A DNA stretch of 32,000 nucleotides from an uncultured Rhodobacter sp. (GTDB lineage: Bacteria > Pseudomonadota > Alphaproteobacteria > Rhodobacterales > Rhodobacteraceae), in contig CAZKSE010000001.1 of the NCBI GenBank assembly GCA_964555305.1, positions 2,231 to 34,230 of the forward strand. The letters run 5' to 3'. The notes under the pieces were generated by a model, which was not told the origin of the DNA, did not search any database, and worked only from the letters and a program-made list of their open reading frames with translations. Below are positions 8,442 to 17,496 of the stretch, one piece after another (the stretch's first letter is position 1; the number at the start of each line of letters is the position of its first letter). The translations under genes were made by a program, and so were the position numbers.

Positions 8442-8670
8442 ACCGCTGGGTCGCAGTGTTTCTTTTCGCTTTCGAGAACTCGCGATCGGTGGCGATGAAC
8501 CGTTCGAGCATCGGCACGATCAAGCGGCCCGGCTCGATGTCGGGTTGACCTGATTGCCGGGCGAGGATCGCGGCATAGGAAACAAGATCGCGGTGAAGGG
8601 ACGCTGGCAGTTCCACCGTTACCTTTACGGGCTTGTCGTCGGGGAGCGGCCCCAGTTTCAGTTTCGCCAT
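8440..8670 (-). CDS. DUF2274-like small protein that terminates Trb-type T4SS clusters
   Basis: 76 aa from the ATG at 8670, with a GGAGG SD inside the trbI 3' end. The sequence is MAKLKLGPLPDDKPVKVTVELPASLHRDLVSYAAILARQSG. The position immediately after trbI is characteristic. Confidence 0.8.
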   Translation of the reverse strand: MAKLKLGPLPDDKPVKVTVELPASLHRDLVSYAAILARQSGQPDIEPGRLIVPMLERFIATDREFSKAKRNTATQR

Positions 8671-8671
8671 A

Positions 8672-9805
8672 TCAGCCTCCTGTCGGCTCGAACACAAGGT
8701 CACGGGTCACGATGATCCTGACAGGGAAGCCGGGCCGGATGGTCAGCGTCGGCGCGACCTGCAACTGGCGCTGGATGATCTGCTGGCCCGCCTGGTTGAT
8801 GGTGTCCTGCGCCCCGTCGCGGATGGCGCGGATCAGGCGGTCCTCGTCGCTGGTGGCCAGTTCCGCGCCGACCGAAAGCAGGGTCGAGAGGCCGGCGACC
8901 TTCATCAGATCCCACCAGTGATAATCGACGCCATCCTCGAGCCCGGCAAAGCCCGACGCATCCGCGCCCGGCAGGCGCTCTAGGACGATGGAGCGGCCAT
9001 CGGGCAGGATCAGGCGATTCCACACCAGCAACACGCGGCGCTGACCGAAGGTCACGCCGTCATCATATTGCCCGATGATGCGCGTGCCCTGCGGGATCAG
9101 GAGCAGCGAGCCAGTCGGGCTGTCATAGACATTCTCCGTCACCTGCGCGGTGATCTGTCCGGGCAGATCGGAACGGATGCCGGTAATCATCGCGGCCGGG
9201 ATCACGGACCCGGCCTGAAGGATATAGGGCGAGGCCGGCGGCATGACGCGGTCAGGGGCGACGGGCTGCCGGTCGACCGGTCCGTTGAAGAAGGTGGTGT
9301 GCCGATCCTGTGCGCCGACCTGTCCACCAAGTTCAAGACCGGAGAGGCCCGGCATCGTAGTGGCGGCTGTCTGAGGACGCGGCCCGGTCTGGAAGAACAC
9401 GTTGCTCAGACGCGCCGCTTCTTCCTCGGCACGGCGGCGTTCCTCTTCCGGATCGACAGCAGGCGTTGCGATGGCGGGTGGCGCGACCGGCTGTCCGCGC
9501 TCCTGAGCGCTGAGAATCGGACGTCCGAGATCGCCGGGCAGCGCCGGTCCCAGGACGGGGCCGGTATAGTCGCGCGGCAGGCCGGACAGGCCGTCCGCCG
9601 TGGGCCGGTTCTCGGTCGAATAGAGTTCTCCGCCTCCCGGTCCCGCTTCGCGGGTCTGGAGGGCGTAGATCAGTGCCCCGCCGATGCCGAGAAGTGCCAC
9701 TGCGCCCACGCCCGCCAATACCTTGCGGGACAGGCGGGTGACGCGGGGCGGCTCGGCGCGCAGGCGCATGGGCGCGGCGGTGTCGGTGATCGGGTTGTCT
9801 GTCAT
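8672..9805 (-). CDS. trbI: Conjugal transfer protein TrbI (VirB10 family)
   Basis: 377 aa with an N-terminal TM segment (VLAGVGAVALLGIGGALIYAL), a Pro-rich linker and a C-terminal beta-barrel region. ATGA overlap with trbG. Confidence 0.9.
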   Translation of the reverse strand: MTDNPITDTAAPMRLRAEPPRVTRLSRKVLAGVGAVALLGIGGALIYALQTREAGPGGGELYSTENRPTADGLSGLPRDYTGPVLGPALPGDLGRPILSAQERGQPVAPPAIATPAVDPEEERRRAEEEAARLSNVFFQTGPRPQTAATTMPGLSGLELGGQVGAQDRHTTFFNGPVDRQPVAPDRVMPPASPYILQAGSVIPAAMITGIRSDLPGQITAQVTENVYDSPTGSLLLIPQGTRIIGQYDDGVTFGQRRVLLVWNRLILPDGRSIVLERLPGADASGFAGLEDGVDYHWWDLMKVAGLSTLLSVGAELATSDEDRLIRAIRDGAQDTINQAGQQIIQRQLQVAPTLTIRPGFPVRIIVTRDLVFEPTGG

Positions 9806-10848
9806 GACGGGGAGTCTCCGGTGGCTGCGGGCTGAGCGGCGGCCTGCCTTTGCTCGATGCGAACGATCCTCACCACCTGCTGGCGGTTTCCACTGCCAAG
9901 GCGCAGTTCCGCCGCGCCGAACAGGCGATCCACGATCAGGATGTTCTGGTGGATGCGGCTATTGACGATCTGCGGCTCGCCGTCCGAGCCCAGGACGAAC
10001 AGAGGCGGCATCTCGCCCTGCACGATGCCGCGCGGGAAGACGACATAGACGCGGCGGCCGTCGTCGAAGACCGAGATCGGGCGCCATGGCGGATTGTCAC
10101 CTTGCACCTGCAACCCATAGCGATGATTGCGCGCCGAAGGTGCCGGGATGACCGGCGCGGCCGGAGCGGTCTGGCGTTGACTTGCAGGTGGTGTGGGATA
10201 GGCCCAGGCGACGGCAAGCATGTACGGCTCCTCCCGCGCATGCAACTCCATCATGTAGAGGCGGCGATCGGTGGTAACGACGAGGTTGGTCGAAATGTCC
10301 GGTCGGGTCGGCTTGACGAGGATATGGACGCGGGCGTTCGCGCCAGATCCGCTCTCCGTATCGCCGATGATCCAGCGGGCGGTATCGCCAGCGGCGATCG
10401 GCCCCGCGCCGGTCAGGCTTTCGCCGGGCTCCAGCGCAATATTGGTGATCTGCCCCGGCGCGGCATAGACCTGATAGAGCGCGCCCTCCGACCAGGGATA
10501 GATCTGGATGGCGTTGTAATAGCCCTCGCGGCGCGGCTCGACGCGGGCCGCGGCATTGGCGTTTTCGACGCGGGCGGTCGGCGTACCGGCCGCATCGCCG
10601 CCGCGCGCCACGGTCCAGGCCGGGGGCGTGTGCAGCGGCCGGGGACGATCCTCAGTCGAAGCCGCGGGCGGGGCCGGCAGCGGCGGCACAGAGTCGTCAT
10701 AGCTGAACTGCGGAACCCGGTTCGTGGCGCAGCCTGCGAGCATGGTCGCTGACAACACCAAAACCGGAAGGCCGAGTTTGCGTAAATCCGACAAGACGGG
10801 TCCACGGAAAGCCGGAAGCACGGCTTTACGGAAAATCGTGCGGGTCAT
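9802..10848 (-). CDS. trbG: Conjugal transfer protein TrbG (VirB9 family)
   Basis: 348 aa with a lipoprotein-like signal (LSATMLAGC). It sits between trbF and trbI, with ATGA overlaps on both sides. Confidence 0.88.
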   Translation of the reverse strand: MTRTIFRKAVLPAFRGPVLSDLRKLGLPVLVLSATMLAGCATNRVPQFSYDDSVPPLPAPPAASTEDRPRPLHTPPAWTVARGGDAAGTPTARVENANAAARVEPRREGYYNAIQIYPWSEGALYQVYAAPGQITNIALEPGESLTGAGPIAAGDTARWIIGDTESGSGANARVHILVKPTRPDISTNLVVTTDRRLYMMELHAREEPYMLAVAWAYPTPPASQRQTAPAAPVIPAPSARNHRYGLQVQGDNPPWRPISVFDDGRRVYVVFPRGIVQGEMPPLFVLGSDGEPQIVNSRIHQNILIVDRLFGAAELRLGSGNRQQVVRIVRIEQRQAAAQPAATGDSPS

Positions 10849-11534
10849 TGGCTCATCTCCCGCGACCAGGAGATCGCGTTGACATAGATTCCAAGGGGGT
10901 TGGCGCGCAGGCGCTCGGCGTTGCGCGGAGTCTGGACTACGATGGTCAGGATCGCCGTCCAGCGCTCGGTGGTGGAGAGCTGGCCGTTCTCATAGTGGCG
11001 CTCGATCCAGGCGATGCGGAAGCTATCCGGCGATGCCCGGATGACTGATGAGACCTCAACCGCCACCTGTTGGCGGCCGACGCGGGTGAAGGGATCATTG
11101 GCGCGGGCGTAGTCATTGAGCGCCGCCGCGCCCCGGTCGGTGGTGAACTCATAGGCGCGCAGCCAGTTCTGGCGTACGATGATCGCATCGGCGGGGATCG
11201 CGCGGACCTGCTCGATGAACCGGCCGAGATGGAATGCGATCTGCGGATCGGTCGGGCGATAGTCGGTAACGGCCGGCGCGACGGTTTGCGCCTGGCCGAG
11301 ATTGTCGACCTGCACCACCCAGGGCACGACAGTGCCACGCGCCGATTGCCAGACAAGGGCGGCAGCGAAACCGGCCGACAGGATCAGCGAGCCGAAGGCC
11401 ATATAGCGCCAGTTTCTCGCCTGCACGCGGGCGGAACCGATGCGCTCGTCCCAGACTTGCGCGGCCTTCTGGTAAGGTGTCTCGGGTTCCGGCGACTTGC
11501 CGTAATGGGTTGCGGGTCGTCTAAAAAGGTTCAT
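10845..11534 (-). CDS. trbF: Conjugal transfer protein TrbF (VirB8 family)
   Basis: 229 aa. The sequence YQKAAQVWDERIGSARVQARNWRYMAFG is followed by a single TM helix. ATGA overlaps with trbL and trbG. Confidence 0.9.
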   Translation of the reverse strand: MNLFRRPATHYGKSPEPETPYQKAAQVWDERIGSARVQARNWRYMAFGSLILSAGFAAALVWQSARGTVVPWVVQVDNLGQAQTVAPAVTDYRPTDPQIAFHLGRFIEQVRAIPADAIIVRQNWLRAYEFTTDRGAAALNDYARANDPFTRVGRQQVAVEVSSVIRASPDSFRIAWIERHYENGQLSTTERWTAILTIVVQTPRNAERLRANPLGIYVNAISWSREMSQ

Positions 11535-12889
11535 GAGCGGTCACTTTCAGAAAGGCTGACGGAGGAACCACCACCATGGCTGTCACCGGAGCGGACGGCA
11601 TGGGCGGCGGCGGTGACGCCGTGACCCATGGCCCGGCCGCGCTGCATCCGTTGTGCCCAGGCTGGTGGGCCATCGGTGGAGGAGGAATTGGAGGATACGG
11701 GGGTTGCGTTTCCGCCGACTGTCCCCTTCGAGGAGCGACCGCCGGAGGCTTCAAACCCGCCATTGATGCCATCCGAGTAGCTGGATTTCAGGCTGTCGGC
11801 GGCGCGGGAGGCGGCGCGCTTGAGGGGCGAGGCGGTTGCAGCCGCACCCGCGCGGGCAACACCGCCAAGGCCGGAAGGGACACCGGCCGCGCCCGACTGG
11901 CCCATCGAGCCAAGGGTGTAGGCCGACGAGGCAGCGCCGGCGGCAAAGGCCCCGCCACGCGCAAGAGCGGCACCGCCCGAAAGTGCGGCAGCGCCGCCCT
12001 TTGCTGCGAGCATGGTCGCGCCTCCGGCAGCGATTGCCGCTCCGCCTACGGCAAGACCCGTTCCGACGGCTGCGCCGGCGCTGAGTTGCGGACCACCGGA
12101 GACGAGGCCGGTGGCGATGCCGGGGCCGAAGATGCCGAGGCCGAGAAGAGAAAGTGCCGCCAGCACGATCGCCATGGCGTCGTCGATGGTCGGGGTTGCG
12201 CCGCCGAAGCCAGCGGTGAACTGGCCGAAAAGTGTTGAGCCGATGCCGATGATGACGGCGAGGACCAGCACCTTGATGCCGGAGGAAATGACGTTCCCCA
12301 GGACCCGTTCCGCCATGAAGGCTGTCTTGCCGAACAGGCCGAAGGGAATGAGCACGAAGCCCGCCAGCGTGGTCAGCTTGAACTCGATCAGGGTGACGAA
12401 AAGTTGCACGGCCAGGATGAAGAAGGCGAGGATGACCAGCACCCAGGCGAAGAACAGGCAGGCGATCTGGATGAAGTTCTCGAAAAAGGCGATCCAGCCC
12501 ATCAGGTCCGAGATGGAGTCGAGCATCGGGCGGCCAGCGTCGAGACCGGTCTGCGCCACATGGCCGGGCCGCATGAGATCGGCAGCCGAAAAGCCGGTGC
12601 CGGACGCCATCAGCCCGAGGCCGGCAAAGCTGTCGAAGACGATCTGCGCGAGGCTGTTCCAGTTGGAGATGATGTACGCAAAGACGCCGACGAACAGCGT
12701 CTTCTTCACCAGCCGGGCGATGATGTCGTCATCGGCACCCCAGGCCCAGAACAGGGCGGCGAGCGTCACATCGATCACGATCAGCGTGGTGGCAATGAAC
12801 GCCACTTCCCCGCCGAGCAGGCCGAAGCCGCTATCGATATAGCTGGTGAATATGCCAAGGAAGTTGTCGATGACCCCCGTTCCGCCCAT
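11531..12889 (-). CDS. trbL: Conjugal transfer protein TrbL (VirB6 family)
   Basis: 452 aa, polytopic membrane protein with a Gly/Ala-rich C-terminal low-complexity tail. Canonical position. Confidence 0.9.
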   Translation of the reverse strand: MGGTGVIDNFLGIFTSYIDSGFGLLGGEVAFIATTLIVIDVTLAALFWAWGADDDIIARLVKKTLFVGVFAYIISNWNSLAQIVFDSFAGLGLMASGTGFSAADLMRPGHVAQTGLDAGRPMLDSISDLMGWIAFFENFIQIACLFFAWVLVILAFFILAVQLFVTLIEFKLTTLAGFVLIPFGLFGKTAFMAERVLGNVISSGIKVLVLAVIIGIGSTLFGQFTAGFGGATPTIDDAMAIVLAALSLLGLGIFGPGIATGLVSGGPQLSAGAAVGTGLAVGGAAIAAGGATMLAAKGGAAALSGGAALARGGAFAAGAASSAYTLGSMGQSGAAGVPSGLGGVARAGAAATASPLKRAASRAADSLKSSYSDGINGGFEASGGRSSKGTVGGNATPVSSNSSSTDGPPAWAQRMQRGRAMGHGVTAAAHAVRSGDSHGGGSSVSLSESDRS

Positions 12890-12892
12890 GAC

Positions 12893-13174
12893 TCACTGCC
12901 CTCCGTTCGGAGCGGCGGGCACCGGTGTCCGGCCGAGGAAGCGGTCGCGGTTTTCGGCCCAGGCGGCGAGGCAGTCGGCATCGCTGGCCGCGACCTCCCC
13001 AAGTTGCTGGCAGTGGCGGAGGATTGCACGCAATGGATCGGCCGGAGGTTGAAGCGAGGGAGCGGTGCTGACCGGCGCGGGAAGATCTTCGCGGGTCATC
13101 TCGATCATCGTCACGGTGATCGCAATCGCGACAAACACGATCGCCCCAATCCGGGCCAGCACCTTCCCTTCCAT
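12893..13174 (-). CDS. trbK: Putative entry-exclusion protein TrbK-alt
   Basis: 93 aa with one N-terminal TM helix and a strong GGGAGGGAAG SD. It sits between trbJ and trbL. Confidence 0.7.
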   Translation of the reverse strand: MEGKVLARIGAIVFVAIAITVTMIEMTREDLPAPVSTAPSLQPPADPLRAILRHCQQLGEVAASDADCLAAWAENRDRFLGRTPVPAAPNGGQ

Positions 13175-13191
13175 GGTCTTCCCTCCCGGCC

Positions 13192-13971
13192 TCAGTTGAA
13201 CATCTGCGCGTTGCCGGGCTGGTAGCCCGACCCCGGTGTCAGGAAGCGTTCACGCTGGATGCGCCCCTGTTCGGCGGCCGTGGCGCGCTCCGCCTCCAGC
13301 AAGGCTTCCGCCCGGCCATTGGCCGAGATGACCGCGATCAGGTCGGACAGTTGCTGCGACTGAAGGGCGAGAAGCTGGTTGCCGGCCTGCGTCGCCTGAA
13401 GCGCGCCGACAGCATTCTGGCTCTGGCCGACCAGCGCGGACATCTCGGCGCGGTTGGCGTCGATATTGCCGACGACGCCGGCCTGGACACGCATCGCATC
13501 CTGCAAGCCTCCGACCGTATTCTCCCAGCGGCTGCGTGCATCGGCGATCATCTGGGCGTCGGTGCCGCTCAGGGACAGGTTGCCGTAGTCCTGTTGGAAC
13601 ATCCGGTCGATATTCTGCACGTCGAAAGCGATGTTCTGGGCCTGCCCGAGAAGCTGCTGGGTCCGCTGGACATTCTGTTGGAGCTGCTGAAGCGAGGAAT
13701 GGGGCAGGCTCGCCAGATTACGGGCCTGGTTGATCAGCATCTGCGCCTCGTTCTGAAGTGAGGCGATCTGGTTGTTGATCTGCTCCAGCGTGCGGGCGGC
13801 GGTCAGCAGGTTTTCCGCGTGGTTGGTCGGATCATAGACAATGCCGCCGAAGCCGAAGAAGGCATGGGCCGGTGTGGTGAACACCGGGGCCAGGGCCAGT
13901 GGAGCGGCGAGCGCGAGGGCCAGTGCCGAAGCGTTGGCCATGTGGGTGAGCCGGGGCATTTTGCGCGTCAT
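13192..13971 (-). CDS. trbJ: Conjugal transfer protein TrbJ (VirB5 family)
   Basis: 259 aa with a signal peptide (ALALALAAPLALAPVFTTPAHA) and a Q/L/N-rich coiled-coil body. ATGA overlap with trbE. Confidence 0.9.
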   Translation of the reverse strand: MTRKMPRLTHMANASALALALAAPLALAPVFTTPAHAFFGFGGIVYDPTNHAENLLTAARTLEQINNQIASLQNEAQMLINQARNLASLPHSSLQQLQQNVQRTQQLLGQAQNIAFDVQNIDRMFQQDYGNLSLSGTDAQMIADARSRWENTVGGLQDAMRVQAGVVGNIDANRAEMSALVGQSQNAVGALQATQAGNQLLALQSQQLSDLIAVISANGRAEALLEAERATAAEQGRIQRERFLTPGSGYQPGNAQMFN

Positions 13972-16478
13972 GGGGTAATCTCCTCTTCTTCCAGGGTGAA
14001 TTCGGACGCGTCGTCATCGGGGGTGACGGGCGAGTGGTTCTCGCTTTCGGTCGCGAGATTGGTGAGGTCCGGGATCAGGTCGGCGGCCCATTCCACGCCG
14101 CGATGGCGCAACCACGCCGCAAGGAAGCCATTGCCTCCATGCTCGGCATGGATGCGGGCGATATCAGCCTGATCGGATTTCGAGGAAGCCGCGCAGAGCG
14201 CGAGACCAACTTCGGACAGGCCCAGCTCGAACAGGCGATTGCCGCGCCGGGACTGGCAGTAGTAGTCGCGCTTGGGCGTCGCCCGCGCCAGGATCTCGAT
14301 CTGCCGGTCATTGAGGCCGAAGCGGCGATAGATCGCGGTAATCTGCGGCTCGATCGCGCGCTCGTTCGGGAGCAAGAGCCGCGTGGGGCAGCTCTCGATG
14401 ATCGCAGGCGCGATCGCGGAATTGTCGATATCCGACAGCGACTGGGTGGCGAAAATAACGGAAGCGTTCTTCTTCCTCAGGGTCTTCAGCCATTCGCGGA
14501 GTTGGCCGGCGAACCCCTCGTCGTCCAGCGCCAGCCAGCCCTCGTCGATGATGAGCAGCGTCGGGCGGCCGTCGAGCCGGTCACCGATGCGATGGAACAG
14601 GTAGCTGAGCACGGCCGGGGCCGCGCCCGTGCCGACCAAGCCCTCGATCTCGAAGGCCTGGACGTCCGCCGAGCCGAGATGCTCGCTTTCGGCGTCGAGC
14701 AGCCGACCATAGGCCCCGCCGACACAATAGGGCCGAAGGGCTTGCTTCAAGTCGTTGGACTGGAGCAGCACGGCGAGGCCGGTGATCGTCCTTTCCTCGA
14801 CAGGCGCGGAAGCCAGCGAAGTCAGCGCCGTCCAGAGATGCTCCTTCACCTCGGGCGTGATGGCGATACCTTCACGCATGAGAATCGCAACAACCCAGTC
14901 AGCCGCCCATGCGCGTTCATATGTGTCGTGGATGCGGGCAAGTGGCTGGAGCGAAACAGAAGCCTCGTTCTCTTCCGTGAGGCCGCCGCCCAAATCGTGC
15001 CAGTCGCCGCCCATGGCGAGCGAAGCGGCGCGGATCGAGCCGCCGAAATCGAAGGCGAAGACCTGCGAAAGCGGGTAGCGCCGGAACTGCAAGGCCATGA
15101 GCGCGAGCAGCACCGATTTGCCCGCGCCGGTCGGTCCGACGACAAGCGTGTGGCCCACATCGCCAACATGAAGAGAAAACCGGAACGGGGTCGATCCTTC
15201 GGTCCTGCCATAGAGCAGCGGGGGTGCGCCGAAGTGATCGTCCCGTTCCGGCCCCGCCCACACCGCCGAAAGCGGGATCATGTGGGCAAGGTTGAGCGTC
15301 GAGACCGGCGGCTGCCGGACATTGGCGTAGGCATGTCCGGGCAGCGAACCGAGCCAGGCATCGACGGCATTGACGGACTCAGGCATGGCCGTGAAGTCGC
15401 GGCCCTGAACGATTTTCTCGACCAGCCGCAGCTTTTCGTCAGCGCGGCGCGGATCGGCGTCCCAGACCGTGACGGTTGCCGTGACATAGGCCATACCCGC
15501 GACATCGGCGCCCAACTCCTGCAACGCCATATCGGCGTCGAGCGCCTTGTTGGCCGCGTCGGTGTCCACGAGCGCGGATTGCTCGTTGGTCATCACCTCC
15601 TTGAGGATCGCGGCAATCGACTTGCGCTTGGCGAACCATTGCCGCCTGATCCGGGTCAGCAACCGGGTCGCGTCAGACTTGTCCATGAGGATGGCGCGTG
15701 TGCTCCAGCGATACGGGAACGGGAGACGGTTCATCTCATCGAGAAGGCCCGGCGTCGTCGCAGAGGGAAATCCGGTGAGGGTCAGCACTCGAAGGTGCTG
15801 ATCGCCAAGGCGCGGCTCGAGCCCGCCGGTCAGCGGCTGATCGGCCAGCAGCGCATCGAGATAGATCGGGGTTTCCGGCACGCGCACGCGATGCCGGTTG
15901 GTCGAGATTGTCGAATGGAGATAGGTCAGGGTCTCGGCATCATCGAGCCAGCGGCACTCAGGCATGAACCCGTCGAGCAGCGCCAGCACGCGATCGGTGC
16001 GATCCGCAAAACCGCGCACCTGTTCCCAGGGGTTCACGCCCGACGTTTCACGCCCCTCATAGAGCCAGGATTCGGACCGGGCGGCGTCCTCGGCCGGAGG
16101 GAGCCACAGAAAGGTCAGGTAATAGCCCGACACGAAATGGCTGCTTTCCTCCTCGAAGTCGGCCTTGCGTTCGGCATCGACCAGTGCCGAGGCCGGATCG
16201 GGGAAGCGGCTTGCGGGATAGGTCCCGGCTTCCGACCGCTGCGCTTCGACGAAGATGGCCCAGCCCGAGCCGAGGCGACGGAAGGCGTTGTTCAACCGTC
16301 CGGCGACCGCGACCAACTCGGCGGCGACGGCGGAATCGAGATCCGGCCCGCGAAACTTCGCGCTACGCTGGAAACTGCCATCCTTGTTCAGAACGATGCC
16401 ATCGCCGACCAGCGCCACCCAGGGCAAATAGTCGGCAAGGCGGGCGGCGGTGCGGCGGTATTCGGTGAGATTCATCAT
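13968..16478 (-). CDS. trbE: Conjugal transfer ATPase TrbE (VirB4 family)
   Basis: 836 aa. N-terminus is MMNLTEYRRTAARLADYLPW. Walker A is VGPTGAGKSVLL and Walker B is LLIIDEGW. Confidence 0.95.
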   Translation of the reverse strand: MMNLTEYRRTAARLADYLPWVALVGDGIVLNKDGSFQRSAKFRGPDLDSAVAAELVAVAGRLNNAFRRLGSGWAIFVEAQRSEAGTYPASRFPDPASALVDAERKADFEEESSHFVSGYYLTFLWLPPAEDAARSESWLYEGRETSGVNPWEQVRGFADRTDRVLALLDGFMPECRWLDDAETLTYLHSTISTNRHRVRVPETPIYLDALLADQPLTGGLEPRLGDQHLRVLTLTGFPSATTPGLLDEMNRLPFPYRWSTRAILMDKSDATRLLTRIRRQWFAKRKSIAAILKEVMTNEQSALVDTDAANKALDADMALQELGADVAGMAYVTATVTVWDADPRRADEKLRLVEKIVQGRDFTAMPESVNAVDAWLGSLPGHAYANVRQPPVSTLNLAHMIPLSAVWAGPERDDHFGAPPLLYGRTEGSTPFRFSLHVGDVGHTLVVGPTGAGKSVLLALMALQFRRYPLSQVFAFDFGGSIRAASLAMGGDWHDLGGGLTEENEASVSLQPLARIHDTYERAWAADWVVAILMREGIAITPEVKEHLWTALTSLASAPVEERTITGLAVLLQSNDLKQALRPYCVGGAYGRLLDAESEHLGSADVQAFEIEGLVGTGAAPAVLSYLFHRIGDRLDGRPTLLIIDEGWLALDDEGFAGQLREWLKTLRKKNASVIFATQSLSDIDNSAIAPAIIESCPTRLLLPNERAIEPQITAIYRRFGLNDRQIEILARATPKRDYYCQSRRGNRLFELGLSEVGLALCAASSKSDQADIARIHAEHGGNGFLAAWLRHRGVEWAADLIPDLTNLATESENHSPVTPDDDASEFTLEEEEITP

Positions 16479-16543
16479 GGCGCACCGCCTTCCGCCGTTG
16501 TAAAGGAAGCACGAAATGAACCGAAATAATCTAGGAGATTCAG

Positions 16544-16858
16544 ATGATTACGTGCCAGGTCAAATATGTGATCGACGCCGACAAGATCGCGGAGTTCGAA
16601 GAGTATTCCAGAATGTGGCTCAAGCTCGTGCCGCGTTTCGGCGGGACGCATCACGGCTATTTCCTGCCGTCGGAAGGCGCGAGCGATATCGCGCTCGCGA
16701 TCTTCAGCTTTCCGAGTTTTGCCGCCTATGAGCAGTACCGAATGGATGCGGCCAGCGATCCCGACGTGCAGAAGGCGGTTGCGTTCGCCAAGGAGACGCG
16801 TTGCTTCCTGCGCTATGATCGGTCGTTCTTCCGACCGCTTCTGTCCGACGCGGCCTGA
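16544..16858 (+). CDS. NIPSNAP-like dimeric alpha/beta-barrel protein (antisense insertion inside the trb cluster)
   Basis: 104 aa, with an AGGAGA SD 7 nt upstream of the ATG. The sequences KIAEFEEYSRMWLKLVPRFGGTHHGYFLPSEG and FPSFAAYEQYR are typical of the NIPSNAP/ABM-like fold. Confidence 0.7.
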   Translation: MITCQVKYVIDADKIAEFEEYSRMWLKLVPRFGGTHHGYFLPSEGASDIALAIFSFPSFAAYEQYRMDAASDPDVQKAVAFAKETRCFLRYDRSFFRPLLSDAA

Positions 16859-16885
16859 TTGAGCGTTTCGCTTGACGTCCATCGC

Positions 16886-17167
16886 TCAGACCTCCAGCCG
16901 CGCCGGGATGCGCAGGTGCTGGCGCGCGACCTCGACGAAAAGCGGATCGCGTTTCGCCGCCCAGACGGCCATGAGGTGGCCGACCGCCCAGATCAGGATG
17001 CCGGCAAGCCAGAGTTGCAGCCCGAGGCCTATGGCTCCGGCCAGTGTGCCGTTCAGGATGGCGACGGAGCGCGGCGCCCCACCAAGCAGGATCGGCTCGG
17101 TCAGGGCGCGGTGGACCGGGACGCTGAATCCCGGCACCGTGTCGAGTGCCTCGAAACTCACCCCCAT
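16886..17167 (-). CDS. trbD: Conjugal transfer protein TrbD (VirB3 family)
   Basis: 93 aa. The sequence VPVHRALTEPILLGGAPRSVAILNGTLAGAIGLG is present. TGATG junction with trbC. Confidence 0.9.
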   Translation of the reverse strand: MGVSFEALDTVPGFSVPVHRALTEPILLGGAPRSVAILNGTLAGAIGLGLQLWLAGILIWAVGHLMAVWAAKRDPLFVEVARQHLRIPARLEV

Positions 17168-17496
17168 CAGACCAGCGCCCCGCCGCCGAAGCTGAAGAAG
17201 GACAGGAAGAAGGACGACGCCGCGAAGGCGATGGAGATGCCGAAGACGATCTGGATCAGACGGCGGAAGCCACCGCCAGTATCGCCAAAGGCGAGCGTCA
17301 GGCCGGTGACGATGATGATGATCACCGCGACGATCTTGGCCACAGGCCCTTCGACGGATTCGAGGATGGATTGCAGCGGTGCTTCCCAGGGCATGGAGGA
17401 ACCGGAGGCGAAAGCGGGCGCGGTCATCAGGCTTGCCCAGGTGAATGCGGCGGCGGTTGCCACATGATGGCGGATACGGAAGGCGCGACGGATCAT
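17167..17496 (-). CDS. trbC: Pilin precursor TrbC (VirB2 family)
   Basis: 109 aa with a long signal peptide, two hydrophobic helices and a Gly-rich C-terminus. ATGA overlap with trbB. Confidence 0.9.
   Translation of the reverse strand: MIRRAFRIRHHVATAAAFTWASLMTAPAFASGSSMPWEAPLQSILESVEGPVAKIVAVIIIIVTGLTLAFGDTGGGFRRLIQIVFGISIAFAASSFFLSFFSFGGGALV

Noticed and set aside
11850-12100. Repetitive Gly/Ala-rich coding stretch, considered as a tandem repeat or separate feature
   Set aside because: It is the low-complexity C-terminal tail of TrbL/VirB6. It is in frame with no discrete repeat unit.
14034-16529. An 831-aa ORF on the + strand, antisense to trbE
   Set aside because: It is a shadow frame typical of high-GC DNA. 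The translation is Arg/Gly/Ala/Pro-rich with no motifs, while the opposite strand encodes an unmistakable VirB4/TrbE. The same reasoning applies to 25183..26961 (+, antisense to traG), 27332..28507 (+, antisense to the relaxase gene), 9068..9835 and 9850..10752 (+), 12404..13225 (+), 17697..18542 (+), 4185..4937 (+), 4997..5812 (+), 6779..7453 and 7401..8174 (+), and 22814..23671 (+).
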